Origin: an uncultured Chloroflexia bacterium
GTDB lineage: Bacteria > Chloroflexota > Limnocylindria > Limnocylindrales > CSP1-4
Reading direction: 5' to 3'
Assembly (NCBI GenBank): GCA_963746845.1
Contig: CAVVCZ010000004.1
Span: 1,088,001-1,152,000, forward strand
Length of the DNA stretch: 64,000 nt
The notes under the pieces are model-generated. The model was not told where the DNA came from. It ran no database searches and worked only from the letters and a program-made list of their open reading frames with translations. The translations under genes were made by a program, and so were the position numbers. Below, piece by piece: positions 39,042-48,362 of the stretch. How positions within the stretch are numbered: position 1 is the stretch's first letter; the number at the start of each line of letters is the position of its first letter.

Positions 39042-39242
39042 ATGGCCAGCGGAACGATGCGCCCCTCCCGACCGTCGGCTCAGCCCACGACCGAGCCGCT
39101 GAAGCACGTGATCGCCGAGTACAAGCACCAGGCCCAGACGATCACCTGCGTCTGCGGCTGGCACGGCAAGAGCTCGTCGCCCGACGGCCGCACCTCGGAG
39201 TGGACTGCGCACCTCGCCGCGAACCGGACGAAGCCCCGCTGA
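39042..39242 (+). CDS. Small putative zinc-binding protein (66 aa)
   Basis: CVCGWHG...WTAH; SD GAGGAG; TAGAAT at 38938-38943. Confidence 0.65.
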   Translation: MASGTMRPSRPSAQPTTEPLKHVIAEYKHQAQTITCVCGWHGKSSSPDGRTSEWTAHLAANRTKPR

Positions 39243-39256
39243 CCCCCCGCGGCCGC

Positions 39257-39643
39257 TCAGGCGGTCGCCGATGTCCGGATCCCGCGGGCGAACATCCAGG
39301 CCGACAGCGCGAAGATGACGATTGCGTTCGCCGGATGCAGCGCCGCCAGCATCGGTGACGAGCCGGCCAGGGTCGGCAGCAGCGTCTGGACGATGTACAG
39401 CACGAACAGGGCGAGCGAGCCCCAGATCTGCGAGCGGTCCCTCCGTCCGAGACCTGCGGCGATGAGCACCGCCAGCGCGATCAGCCCGAGCCCCGTATAG
39501 CCAAGGTCGCGGTGCGCCCCGAAGTCACCGGAGCCGCCGAGCTGCGGCAGGGCGGCACCGGCGAGGAACGCCTGGACGAGCACCCCGAGCGCGAACAGCC
39601 CGCTGAGCCATGGATGAAGACGTTGCGCGGTCGTCCGAACCAT
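39257..39643 (-). CDS. Four-TM membrane protein (DUF6220-like)
   Basis: VQAFLAG, H, Q and ALHPANA motifs. Confidence 0.75.
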   Translation of the reverse strand: MVRTTAQRLHPWLSGLFALGVLVQAFLAGAALPQLGGSGDFGAHRDLGYTGLGLIALAVLIAAGLGRRDRSQIWGSLALFVLYIVQTLLPTLAGSSPMLAALHPANAIVIFALSAWMFARGIRTSATA

Positions 39644-39664
39644 CTGGACCTCCGTTCCCACCAC

Positions 39665-40573
39665 TCAGCTGAAGGCTGCGACCGCCAACCGCGCGGCGAC
39701 GTCGAGGGTCCGCTCCGCGTCGCCGCCCGTTGCGAAGTTCATCGCCGTCGCGCCATAGCCGACGACCGGCATCGCCGCCGCGAGGATCCCGACGGCGTCG
39801 ATCGCGACCGCGGCGGGCACACCGGCCGCCTCGGGCATGGTGACAGACCAGCGCGCCTCGTCCGCGTCGAGGACGTCGTGGTCGACCGCGATGTACAGCC
39901 CGTCGACCTCGCCGGCGACCCGATCGACCCACGCCCCGAGTGCGGCCATCCCCGCAGGCCTTCGGAGCATCCCCGCACCGAAGTGCGCCAGGGGTGATGC
40001 CGACACCCAGCGTGACTCCGGCTCGTCGAGGACCTGGCCGCCGATCAGGGCGGCGTGCGCGAGCTCGACCGTGGGTCCATCGACGGCCCGGACGAGGTCG
40101 TCCGCGCCGCGGCCCAGGAGCATGGCGAACGGCATCCCCCAGACGTGGCCGGACGGCGTGGTGTCCGGCGTGTTGGAGTCGCCGTGGGCATCGAACCAGG
40201 CGATCGCGAGCCGTCGGTCCGGACGCGCCCGGCGGAGACCGGCCATCGCGCCCGCGTGCGCGCAACAGTCGCCGCCGAGGACGAGCAGCCGCTCTCCGCG
40301 GGCGACGGCGCCCGCGACCATCGCGGCCTCGCGTGGCAGGAAGGCCGCGATCTCGGCTCGGTTTTTCGCACGCGGGTCCGGATCGTCCCGGACCTCCGGG
40401 TCGATCACCAGGTCGCCGTCGTCGCGGAGCTCGAGCCCCGACGCCATCAGCCGGTCCAGGAGACCGAGCCGTCGCAGGTCCCGTGGCGCCTCCGCCATGC
40501 CGACGTGGCGGCCACCGGGCAGCTGGCCGCCGAGGGCGGTGGGGACGCCGACGACGGCGATGGATCCGGGCAC
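39665..40573 (-). CDS. Arginase/ureohydrolase family protein
   Basis: GGDCC, FDAHGDSNTPDTTPSG..GMP, VDHDVLD. Confidence 0.88.
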   Translation of the reverse strand: MPGSIAVVGVPTALGGQLPGGRHVGMAEAPRDLRRLGLLDRLMASGLELRDDGDLVIDPEVRDDPDPRAKNRAEIAAFLPREAAMVAGAVARGERLLVLGGDCCAHAGAMAGLRRARPDRRLAIAWFDAHGDSNTPDTTPSGHVWGMPFAMLLGRGADDLVRAVDGPTVELAHAALIGGQVLDEPESRWVSASPLAHFGAGMLRRPAGMAALGAWVDRVAGEVDGLYIAVDHDVLDADEARWSVTMPEAAGVPAAVAIDAVGILAAAMPVVGYGATAMNFATGGDAERTLDVAARLAVAAFS

Positions 40574-40690
40574 CCGCCGAGCATAGGTCGCGATCGGGGC
40601 CGGTGCGTGCCGCTCCGGCGGGCGTCGACGCCGTGGCCTGACCGCCCGTTCTCATGGGTTGCGAAGGATCGCCCGGCCATCCTTCGTCGC

Positions 40691-41137
40691 ATGACCAGCC
40701 TCGACCGGCCCGCCGCCGGCCTCTTCGCGGGCCGCACGCTGGGGACCCAGCTCCGATCGTTCGTCGCGATCGGCATCGCGAGCACCCTGGTCTGGGCCGG
40801 GCTGTACACGCTGCTGCGGACCTGGCTGAGCCCCGTGAGCGCCAACGCGGTCGCCCTGATCGTATCGGCGGTCGGCAACACGGCCGCCAACCGGCGGCTG
40901 ACCTTCGGCGTTCGGGGTCGGGCCGGGCTGATCCGCGATCACGGCGCCGGGCTCCTCGCCTTCGCCCTCGCGCTTGCGCTCACGACCATCGCCTCGGCCG
41001 GACTCGCGGCGTTCGCACCCCATGCCGGCCGGCTCGTCGAGCTGGCGATCCTCGTCGGCGCCAGCGCGGTGGCGACGGCCGGTCGGTTCGCCCTCCTCCG
41101 CGCGTGGCTCGGCCGCCGGGGATCCGAGCCCGCCTGA
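40691..41137 (+). CDS. GtrA family membrane protein
   Basis: Four TM helices; NTAANRRLTFG; RFALLR. Confidence 0.85.
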   Translation: MTSLDRPAAGLFAGRTLGTQLRSFVAIGIASTLVWAGLYTLLRTWLSPVSANAVALIVSAVGNTAANRRLTFGVRGRAGLIRDHGAGLLAFALALALTTIASAGLAAFAPHAGRLVELAILVGASAVATAGRFALLRAWLGRRGSEPA

Positions 41138-41171
41138 CCGCACTGTCCCGGCCCCCACCGAACGGCCTGTG

Positions 41172-43127
41172 ATGACGACCCTGCTCGAGACACCTGCCGT
41201 CCCCGCCGCCCACGCGGTCGAGCGCAGTCGCGCCTTCGCCGCGTCGTGGACCGGTGTCGCGCAGGCCGGCGTCGCGGGGCTCGCCGTCATCCTGTACGTC
41301 GTCAACCTGACGGTCAGCGGCTTCGCCAACACCTACTACTCCGCGGCCGCGCTCGCCGCGTCCCGGAGCTGGTCGGCGTGGTTCTTCGGCTCGATCGACG
41401 CGAGCAACTTCATCACGGTCGACAAGCCACCGCTTTCGACGATGGTGATGGGCCTGTCGGTCCGGCTGTTCGGGCTCAACTCCTGGAGCGTGCTCCTTCC
41501 CGAGGCCCTGATGGGTGTTGCGACCGTCGTCCTCGTGATGGCGATCGTGCGCCGGACGATGGGCTCGCCGGCCGCCGTGGTCGCCGGTCTCGTGACCGCG
41601 CTGACACCCGCGGCGGTCCTGATCTTCCGCTTCAACAACCCCGATGCCCTGCTGACCCTGTTGCTGACCGGCGCCGCGTACGCATTCATCCGATCGCTCG
41701 AGCACGGCCGGCTCCGCTGGGTCACCCTGGCGGCCGTCCTCGTCGGGCTGGCGTTCAACACGAAGTACCTCCAGGGCTGGCTCGTCCTGCCCGCGTTCGC
41801 GGTGGTCTGGACGATCGCCGCGCCGGGCTCGTGGGCCCATCGGGTCCGCGGCCTCCTCGTGGCGTTCGCGACGGTCGTGCTGGCAAGCGGCTGGTGGATC
41901 CTCGTGATGGAGCTCCTGCCGGCGTCGGCCCGGCCGTTCGTCGGCGGATCCACGAACGGCACCGCCCTCGACCTCGTGCTCGGCTATGACGGACTCGGCC
42001 GGATCTTCGGCGGGGGCGGCGGCCCGGGCGGCGGCGGACCGGGCGGCGGCGGGTTCTCCGGCACGCCCGGCTTGTTCCGACTGTTCAATTCGCTGCTGGG
42101 GGGCCAGGTGGCCTGGCTGCTCCCCCTCGCGTTCCTCGGCCTGGCCGTCGGCCTGTGGGCGCGCCGATCCGCGCCGCGGACCGACCTGCGCCGCGCTGCC
42201 TACCTGATGTGGGGCCTGTGGCTCGTCGTCCATGCCGTGGTCTTCAGCTTCATGTCCGGGATCATCCACTCCTACTACGTCGTCGCGATGGCGCCGGCCA
42301 TCGGCGCCCTCGTCGGCGGCGGCCTGGCCGAGCTGTGGCGGATGCGGCTTGCGGCCCCACGCCGGCCGTTCGCCGGGATCGTCCTCGCGGGCGGCCTGAC
42401 CGCGTCGGCGGCCATGGCCTGGGTCCTGCTCGACCGGACACCCGACTTTGCGCCGGGACTCGCGATCGGCCTGGCCGCGCTGACGGCGGCCGTCGCACTG
42501 CTCCTCGCCCTGCCGACGGTCGTCGTCGACCGGCGGATCCAGCTGGCGGCGATCGGGCTGGCCGTGGCGACCCTGCTGGCCGGACCGACCGCCTACGCCA
42601 TCCGGACGATGCAGACCTCGTACGGCGGCGGCGACCCCTCGGCCGGGCCGCAGGTCGCCAACGCGGGCGGACCCGGTGGCGGCTTCGCCGGCGGTCCGGG
42701 GCGGTTCGGCACCCAGGGCGCTGGCGGCACGGGCGGGGACGGGCCGACGTCGGCCGCCGGTGGGCCGGGCGGCGTGGGCGGCGACGCGGTCAGCTCGTCG
42801 CTGGCCGACTACCTCGTCGCGAACCGCGGCGACGCCCGCTGGATCGTGGCCGTGTCCTCGGCCAACCAGGCCGGCTCGATCGAGCTCGCGACGGGCCAGC
42901 CGGTCATGGCGATGGGCGGCTTCACGGGCAGCGACCCGACGCCGACCCTCCAGGAGCTCCAGGCGTACCTCGCGTCCGGGCAGCTCCGGTTCGTGATCGT
43001 CGGCGGAGGCGGGGGACCGGACGGCGGCTCGAGCGAGGTGACGTCGTGGGTGACGTCGACCTGCACCGTCGTCAGCGACGTCAGCTCGACGCTGTACGAC
43101 TGCTCCGCGGCGGCCGCCGGCAGCTGA
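41172..43127 (+). CDS. GT-C glycosyltransferase (family 39/ArnT, YkcB-like)
   Basis: ANTYYSAA, ITVDKPP, RFNNPDA, FNTKYLQ, GGSTNG, HSYY, MAMGGF; Gly-rich loops. Confidence 0.9.
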   Translation: MTTLLETPAVPAAHAVERSRAFAASWTGVAQAGVAGLAVILYVVNLTVSGFANTYYSAAALAASRSWSAWFFGSIDASNFITVDKPPLSTMVMGLSVRLFGLNSWSVLLPEALMGVATVVLVMAIVRRTMGSPAAVVAGLVTALTPAAVLIFRFNNPDALLTLLLTGAAYAFIRSLEHGRLRWVTLAAVLVGLAFNTKYLQGWLVLPAFAVVWTIAAPGSWAHRVRGLLVAFATVVLASGWWILVMELLPASARPFVGGSTNGTALDLVLGYDGLGRIFGGGGGPGGGGPGGGGFSGTPGLFRLFNSLLGGQVAWLLPLAFLGLAVGLWARRSAPRTDLRRAAYLMWGLWLVVHAVVFSFMSGIIHSYYVVAMAPAIGALVGGGLAELWRMRLAAPRRPFAGIVLAGGLTASAAMAWVLLDRTPDFAPGLAIGLAALTAAVALLLALPTVVVDRRIQLAAIGLAVATLLAGPTAYAIRTMQTSYGGGDPSAGPQVANAGGPGGGFAGGPGRFGTQGAGGTGGDGPTSAAGGPGGVGGDAVSSSLADYLVANRGDARWIVAVSSANQAGSIELATGQPVMAMGGFTGSDPTPTLQELQAYLASGQLRFVIVGGGGGPDGGSSEVTSWVTSTCTVVSDVSSTLYDCSAAAAGS

Positions 43128-43141
43128 TCTCCGGACATGCG

Positions 43142-43170
43142 TCGTGCCAGCCGCGTTGCAGCTGGCACGA
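43142..43170. terminator. Hairpin between convergent genes
   Basis: TCGTGCCAGC-9 nt-GCTGGCACGA. Confidence 0.6.
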
Positions 43171-43215
43171 GTGCGGATCTGGGTGCGGTGGCGCGGTTCG
43201 CGCCGCCGCGTCGGG

Positions 43216-44580
43216 TCAGGGCAGCTGGATCAGCTTCGTCCCCGCGGCGAGCTGGTTCGCGGCCTGCTTGAAGAGCGCGGCCAGGTTGGTGCTCGCGCCG
43301 GCCGACTTCGGGACGCAGAAGAAGTGATCGCCGTCGTCGTTCGAGGTGCCGGGGCATCCGCCGTCGACGGAGTTGGTGGCCATCGAGGCGAGCAGCGTCC
43401 GCGCCGTCTTGCCCTTCCATGCGCCCGACGTGTCGGGGCAGGCGATGTCGTTGGTCCCGTCGAGACCGAAACCGATCGTGAAGAGCTCGATCCCGCTGTT
43501 CTTGACCGCGGTGGCGGCCGTGCTCGACAGGGCACAGTAGTTGGGCCCGGCCTTCGTCGACGCGTTCGGCTGACCGTCGGTCATCAGGATGATGCCCTTG
43601 ATCACGCCGGACCGGCCGTTGTTGAGCAGGTCGTATGCCGCGGCGGTGATCGGGTCGTTCAGGTCGGTCCCCGTGCTCGAGTTGACGTAGCAGGCGACGG
43701 CCTTGGCGAACGAGCTGCTGGATTGCGTGTAGTCCTCGTTGACCGGTGCGCCGAGCCCGCTCAGGCCGACCGGCACCCAGCGTCGGAGATCGGTGGGCAT
43801 GTTCGCCGACCCGATCGAGCCGGCCGGTGTCACGACGCACCCGCCGCCGTTCGTGCTCGGACCGAGCATCCCGAACGCCATCCACTGCCGGACCGGGTCG
43901 TACGCCTTGCGGACGGCGTCCGCCGCGTTGCGGGCGTTCGTGGTGTCAACGCCGCTCATGCTCGACGTCCGGTCGACGACGACCTCGAGATCGACCGGGG
44001 TGATCGGCTCCTGGCCGCACGGGCCCCTGCACGCGGCGGAGGTCACGGCCCCGGTCGTGCCGCTGTCGACTCCGACCGCGACGCCGAAGTTGTACTTGAC
44101 CGTGGCGGCGGCCTGAAGAACGATCGTGTTGCAGGTGTCGCCATTGGCGGGCTCGCACACGGCGACGCAGATCGCCGTGTTGCAGGTCCACGTCACGCCA
44201 CCGCCCGGATCGCAGACGGCCGGGACGTCGGACAGACGAGGGGTGCTGCCGAGGCTTCCGACGACGCACCGGAAGGTGACGGTCGTTCCGGCGGGCAGGC
44301 CGCCCGGATAGTTCGTGGCGGCGTACTGCCGCGCGATGGCGTCGGCGTTCGTGCCGTCGGCGGGAAGCTGCGAGGCTCCCGCGAGGGCGCCGGCGTCGAG
44401 CGCGTTCCAGAGATTCTGGTTGGCGTTGCGGAGGACGCCGATGTCGATGGCCAGCGACGCGAAGCCCATGATCACGACGAGCGCAAGGACGAACAGGATG
44501 ATGATCTGTCCTCGCTCGTCCTCTCGCCGGCGACGCGACTTCGACATGCTGGTGCTCCTGGAGGCGGGCAGTGGCTTCAT
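43216..44580 (-). CDS. TadG-like pilus protein with vWA domain
   Basis: ERGQ-TM-IDIG...LDAGALAGA Tad motif; MIDAS DRTSSM, MTDG, FTIGFG; Cys-rich. Confidence 0.85.
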   Translation of the reverse strand: MKPLPASRSTSMSKSRRRREDERGQIIILFVLALVVIMGFASLAIDIGVLRNANQNLWNALDAGALAGASQLPADGTNADAIARQYAATNYPGGLPAGTTVTFRCVVGSLGSTPRLSDVPAVCDPGGGVTWTCNTAICVAVCEPANGDTCNTIVLQAAATVKYNFGVAVGVDSGTTGAVTSAACRGPCGQEPITPVDLEVVVDRTSSMSGVDTTNARNAADAVRKAYDPVRQWMAFGMLGPSTNGGGCVVTPAGSIGSANMPTDLRRWVPVGLSGLGAPVNEDYTQSSSSFAKAVACYVNSSTGTDLNDPITAAAYDLLNNGRSGVIKGIILMTDGQPNASTKAGPNYCALSSTAATAVKNSGIELFTIGFGLDGTNDIACPDTSGAWKGKTARTLLASMATNSVDGGCPGTSNDDGDHFFCVPKSAGASTNLAALFKQAANQLAAGTKLIQLP

Positions 44581-44590
44581 CTCCGCGTCC

Positions 44591-45070
44591 CTACTCGATC
44601 CGCATCTGGACGGTGGACGTGAGATTCAGGATGTTTCCCATGGCGAGCGGCCAGATCATCGAGTAGGCGTAGTCGACCTTGACCACGACCGCATCGCCGG
44701 CCTGCCATGAGGGGCTGGAGCAGGCGACGAAGGACGTTCCCGACGGCCGCTCGCAGCTGATCGCGACGTTCAGCTTCGAGAGGTCGAGGCTGGTGGACAT
44801 CGCCTTGACCCGGGCATCGATGCCGGCCACGTTGCCGGGCTCGACGACGCCGAGACGCGCCCCCTCGCGGGAGGCGTTGATGATCGTCATCTGGGAGTAC
44901 AGACCCAGGCCGAAGTCGAGGATCCCGGCCAGGATCAGCAGGAAGACCGGGAGGACCACGGCGAACTCGACGAGGGACTGACCACGAGCCTTGCGGTTCG
45001 TGAGGCGTCGAGTCCCCGTGCGTCGTTCATCGACACGGGCCGAACGGTTCGTCAAGCGCTCCGGATGCAT
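44591..45070 (-). CDS. TadE-like pseudopilin
   Basis: RGQSLVEFAVVLP...DFG...ASREGAR. Confidence 0.9.
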   Translation of the reverse strand: MHPERLTNRSARVDERRTGTRRLTNRKARGQSLVEFAVVLPVFLLILAGILDFGLGLYSQMTIINASREGARLGVVEPGNVAGIDARVKAMSTSLDLSKLNVAISCERPSGTSFVACSSPSWQAGDAVVVKVDYAYSMIWPLAMGNILNLTSTVQMRIE

Positions 45071-45506
45071 TCCGAGAAGCACCCCCGGTTACCCGCTGGG
45101 GCCTGCGCCAAGGTCGACGTCACGCACCAGCTGACCCGGACTTTCGGATCGGGACTTTGCCGTGTTCCTTGCGTTGGTGCGTGGGCGCATAGCCCAATAG
45201 TCCCGATCGGAGTGCGGAGAAGCCCGGCGCGGGACGGCGGGGTGCGGTCCGGGCATGTGACCTCGACGGCGGCGATCGCCGGCGACCCGGTCGGTTCGAC
45301 GGACTTCGCCGCCGAACGCCTTCATGATTTCGCGGCTGCGCGTGAATCACTTGACCCATGCCCGAGCATCCGTGGGGCATGACGTCGACCGCCGGCGGTC
45401 CGCGTGATGGGGGCGACATGGACCGGCCGGAACGGTAGGTCCGGCACTGGTGCCCGACCCGAGGCATGGGACAACCTCCAATGGAAGGAGGGCCGACGTC
45501 CTGGGT

Positions 45507-45881
45507 ATGTCTCGCCGGATGATCCGATACGGTGCGGCTGCCGTGGCAGCCATCATGGCCGTCATCTACTTCCTGATCGGCCTCGGCGTGTTGAACGTGG
45601 GCGGATCGGACAGCGACAGGGCTTTCCTGTGGGTCTTCGGGGCGCTGGCGGGTGGGGCGTTCTTGCTCGGCGCGCTGCTGCTCGTGACCGTCGACCGGCG
45701 CTGGGTATGGGTCGCGGGCCTGATCTTCCAGGTGTTCGTCTACTGGGCGTATGTGGACGTCTCGAAAACCCGAACGCCACCGTTCGAGACGTGGGGCATC
45801 ACCCTGCGCGTCATCCAGCTCCCACTTCTCCTCGCCCTCGGGTACCTGGCCGTTCGCGGCTCCAGACTCGTCCCACGTTGA
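45507..45881 (+). CDS. Small four-TM membrane protein
   Basis: Hydrophobic ORF with upstream AAGGAGG. Confidence 0.7.
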   Translation: MSRRMIRYGAAAVAAIMAVIYFLIGLGVLNVGGSDSDRAFLWVFGALAGGAFLLGALLLVTVDRRWVWVAGLIFQVFVYWAYVDVSKTRTPPFETWGITLRVIQLPLLLALGYLAVRGSRLVPR

Positions 45882-46040
45882 CGACGATCAGATCGAGAGC
45901 ACGGTCGGGGCGAGGATGCCCGCGTCTCGGGAGTCACAGAGCCATCGCGACGGCCGCGAGGGGTCCGGTCTCGTGACTTCCGGCTCTGGCCCCAAGGCCT
46001 GCCGGTGGGCACGCTGACTCCACGCAGAGGAGCCCCCCAG

Positions 46041-46574
46041 ATGCACGTCCTGATCGTCTACGAATCGATGTACGGCAACACCCACGCGATCGCCGAGTCG
46101 ATCGCCGAGGGCCTCCGACCGGCCGGCGAGGTCCGAGTCGTCCCGGTCGGCGATGCGCTGCCCGACCTCGTCGAGTGGGCAGACCTCCTCGTCGTCGGTG
46201 GCCCGACCCACATCCACGGGATGACCCGCGCGTCGTCGCGGGAGAACGCCCGCAAGCGGATCGCGGCGACCGAGACCGACCTCGCCCTCGACCCGGCGGC
46301 GACAGGACCTGGCGTCCGAGAGTGGCTCGGGACCCTGCCGCACGTAGAAGACGTGCCAGCTGCGGCATTCGACACACGGGTGCAGGCCCGGCCGCTGCTG
46401 ACCGGCCGAGCCTCCGGCGGGATTGCCAAGAGCCTCCGCAATCGCGGCTACCGGCTCGTCGCCGAGCCGGCGAGCTTCCTCGTCGACATGGAAACCCATC
46501 TCGTCACCGGCGAGCTCGCCCGGGCCAGGGTGTGGGCCACGGGCCTTGTGGCAGAGCTCGTGCCGGCGGGCTAG
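46041..46574 (+). CDS. Flavodoxin-like protein
   Basis: YESMYGNT, VGGPTH, AAFDTR; SD GAGGAG. Confidence 0.88.
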   Translation: MHVLIVYESMYGNTHAIAESIAEGLRPAGEVRVVPVGDALPDLVEWADLLVVGGPTHIHGMTRASSRENARKRIAATETDLALDPAATGPGVREWLGTLPHVEDVPAAAFDTRVQARPLLTGRASGGIAKSLRNRGYRLVAEPASFLVDMETHLVTGELARARVWATGLVAELVPAG

Positions 46575-46647
46575 CCGGACGGGTCGCCCGTCGCGCGAAG
46601 CCGCTTCGTCCGTCGGGTGTCGCATCGCGGCAACCAGGAGGTCGATC

Positions 46648-47305
46648 ATGACGATCGCCACGCCTTCGCGAGTCGAGTTCGAACGCCCGACCGACTACCG
46701 CCACGAGATCACGGCACGCGATGCCCGGGTGCGGATGCTCGTCATCCCGGACCGGCGCTACCTCATGATCGATGGGAAGGCGCTTCCCGGCAGCCCGGAC
46801 TTCGCCGCGGCGATCGGCACGCTGTTCCCCGTCGCGTACACCCTCCACTTCGCACTCAAGCGACGCGGCCGTCGAGGGGCCGGTCGGGGTGCTCGAGGGG
46901 CTGTACTGGACCGATGACGAGCGCCCGATCGCCCCGGAGCAGTTCCGGGCGCAGCCCGGCGCTGGGGTCCTATGGAGCTGGCGGTTGCTCATGCCAGTGC
47001 CTGACGCCGCCACAGGCGAGGACCTCACCAGCGCGATCGAAGACGTGCGGGCGAAGCGCGAGCCAGCCCTGCTCCGCCAGCTGCATGTCGAGCGGTGGGA
47101 GGAGGGCCAGGTCGCGCAGGTCATGCATGTCGGTCCGTACGCGACCGAGCCGGCCACGCTCGATCGACTCCACGCGGCGATCGTCGCGGCGGGCCTGCGG
47201 CCGCGCGGCTGCCACCACGAGATCTACATCAGCGATCCGAACCGGGCGAAGCCGGAACGGCTCAAGACTCTGCTCCGCCAACCGGTCGAGCCCGCCGGCG
47301 ACTGA
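46648..47305 (+). pseudogene. GyrI-like domain protein with a one-base frameshift near 46870
   Basis: N-half (YLMIDG...VAYTLHFALKRRG) and C-half (LEGLYW...HVGPY...HHEIYISDP...TLLRQP) are in different frames; one extra C in GGCCGTC. Confidence 0.75.
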
Positions 47306-47567
47306 GGTCATGCGGGCTCGACGTTCCGGGTGCCGAACATCGCGAACGCCCCGATCGCGACCGCCATGTCCATCCGACCCACCCTCCGAACCGATCTCAG
47401 CGGTCGGACAAGACCGGCGCGGAACGGCACGCCTAGTGGATGGTGCAGCCGAGCGGATTCGGTCGTCACTGCCACTCGTCACCATCATTCGGGCCGTTGC
47501 ACACGACCGACGAGCCCCGTACGGGCGTCGGCAGCCGACGACCGACCTCGTTGTTAGTCTTTGGGCC

Positions 47568-47957
47568 ATGGCGGAACCCAAGAGGCATACGAGCGCGGCT
47601 GACCTGCTCGCCGACTGGCGGTCTGCTGGGCGGGACACCGCTGCCGCTCATGCCGCAGATAGGGTTGCCGAGATGGCGCTCGTTGCGGCCGCCCACGCGG
47701 AGGAAGCGGCCGACGAGGTCGCGATTGCCGCGGCCGCTGCGTTGGAAGCGGTCGATCGAGCACAGATCGCCGCGAATCGGGCTCGATCTGCCGCTCTCCA
47801 GGCAGGTGAGGCAGCCCACCTCGCGCTCACCATTGCCGAGGGCGACCGGGTTCGCGCCAGCGAAGATGTGCAAGACGCGGAAGCGGCAGAGGCAGAAGCG
47901 GAGGAGCGATACCGCGGCGCGTCCGAGAAGGGATTCCCACGCGGCCGCTCAGGCTAG
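47568..47957 (+). CDS. Ala/Glu-rich helical hypothetical protein
   Basis: Extended -10 TGtTAGTCT 7 nt before ATG; coiled-coil-like composition. Confidence 0.6.
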   Translation: MAEPKRHTSAADLLADWRSAGRDTAAAHAADRVAEMALVAAAHAEEAADEVAIAAAAALEAVDRAQIAANRARSAALQAGEAAHLALTIAEGDRVRASEDVQDAEAAEAEAEERYRGASEKGFPRGRSG

Positions 47958-48143
47958 GTCAACGGTCGCTCGACCTCGTCGAGGGCAGCCATCGCCTGGT
48001 TCATGCCACCCGACATCCTCGGGGCGAGCTGGACCGCCGAGCCGACGCGGCGACAGGCGCATGCGTCGTTCGTGCTTGGCGACATTGGGCTCGGGATCGG
48101 CGTCGGGGCGCTCGTCGTGACAGCGTTGAATTCGTAGGGAAAC

Positions 48144-48218
48144 TGGCTCCGGCGGTAGGATTCGAACCTACGACCAAGCGGTTAACAGCCGCCCGCTCTA
48201 CCACTGAGCTACGCCGGA
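48144..48218 (-). tRNA. tRNA-Asn (GTT)
   Basis: TCCGGCG-TAGCTCAGTGGTAGAGC...CTGTTAA...GGTTCGAATCC...CGCCGGAGCCA cloverleaf with encoded CCA. Confidence 0.97.
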
Positions 48219-48362
48219 GCGAGGGCCGACCGATCTCGGCGGTTGGTCGGCGCGCGGCCGCACCGGGGCGCGGACCGGGCGACAGGATACCAGACGTCCT
48301 TCGCCCGGCTCGACGGGCAGTTCCGGCGGGGATTCGACCTCCGGATCGGCGACGATGGTCCG

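Noticed and set aside
44476-44490. Half-matches to the candidate parS (GCGCAAGGAC; also near 45165 and 58131)
   Set aside because: Only one arm matches; expected by chance
48100-48250. Prophage or ICE at tRNA-Asn
   Set aside because: No integrase, phage genes or duplicated att sequence seen in the window
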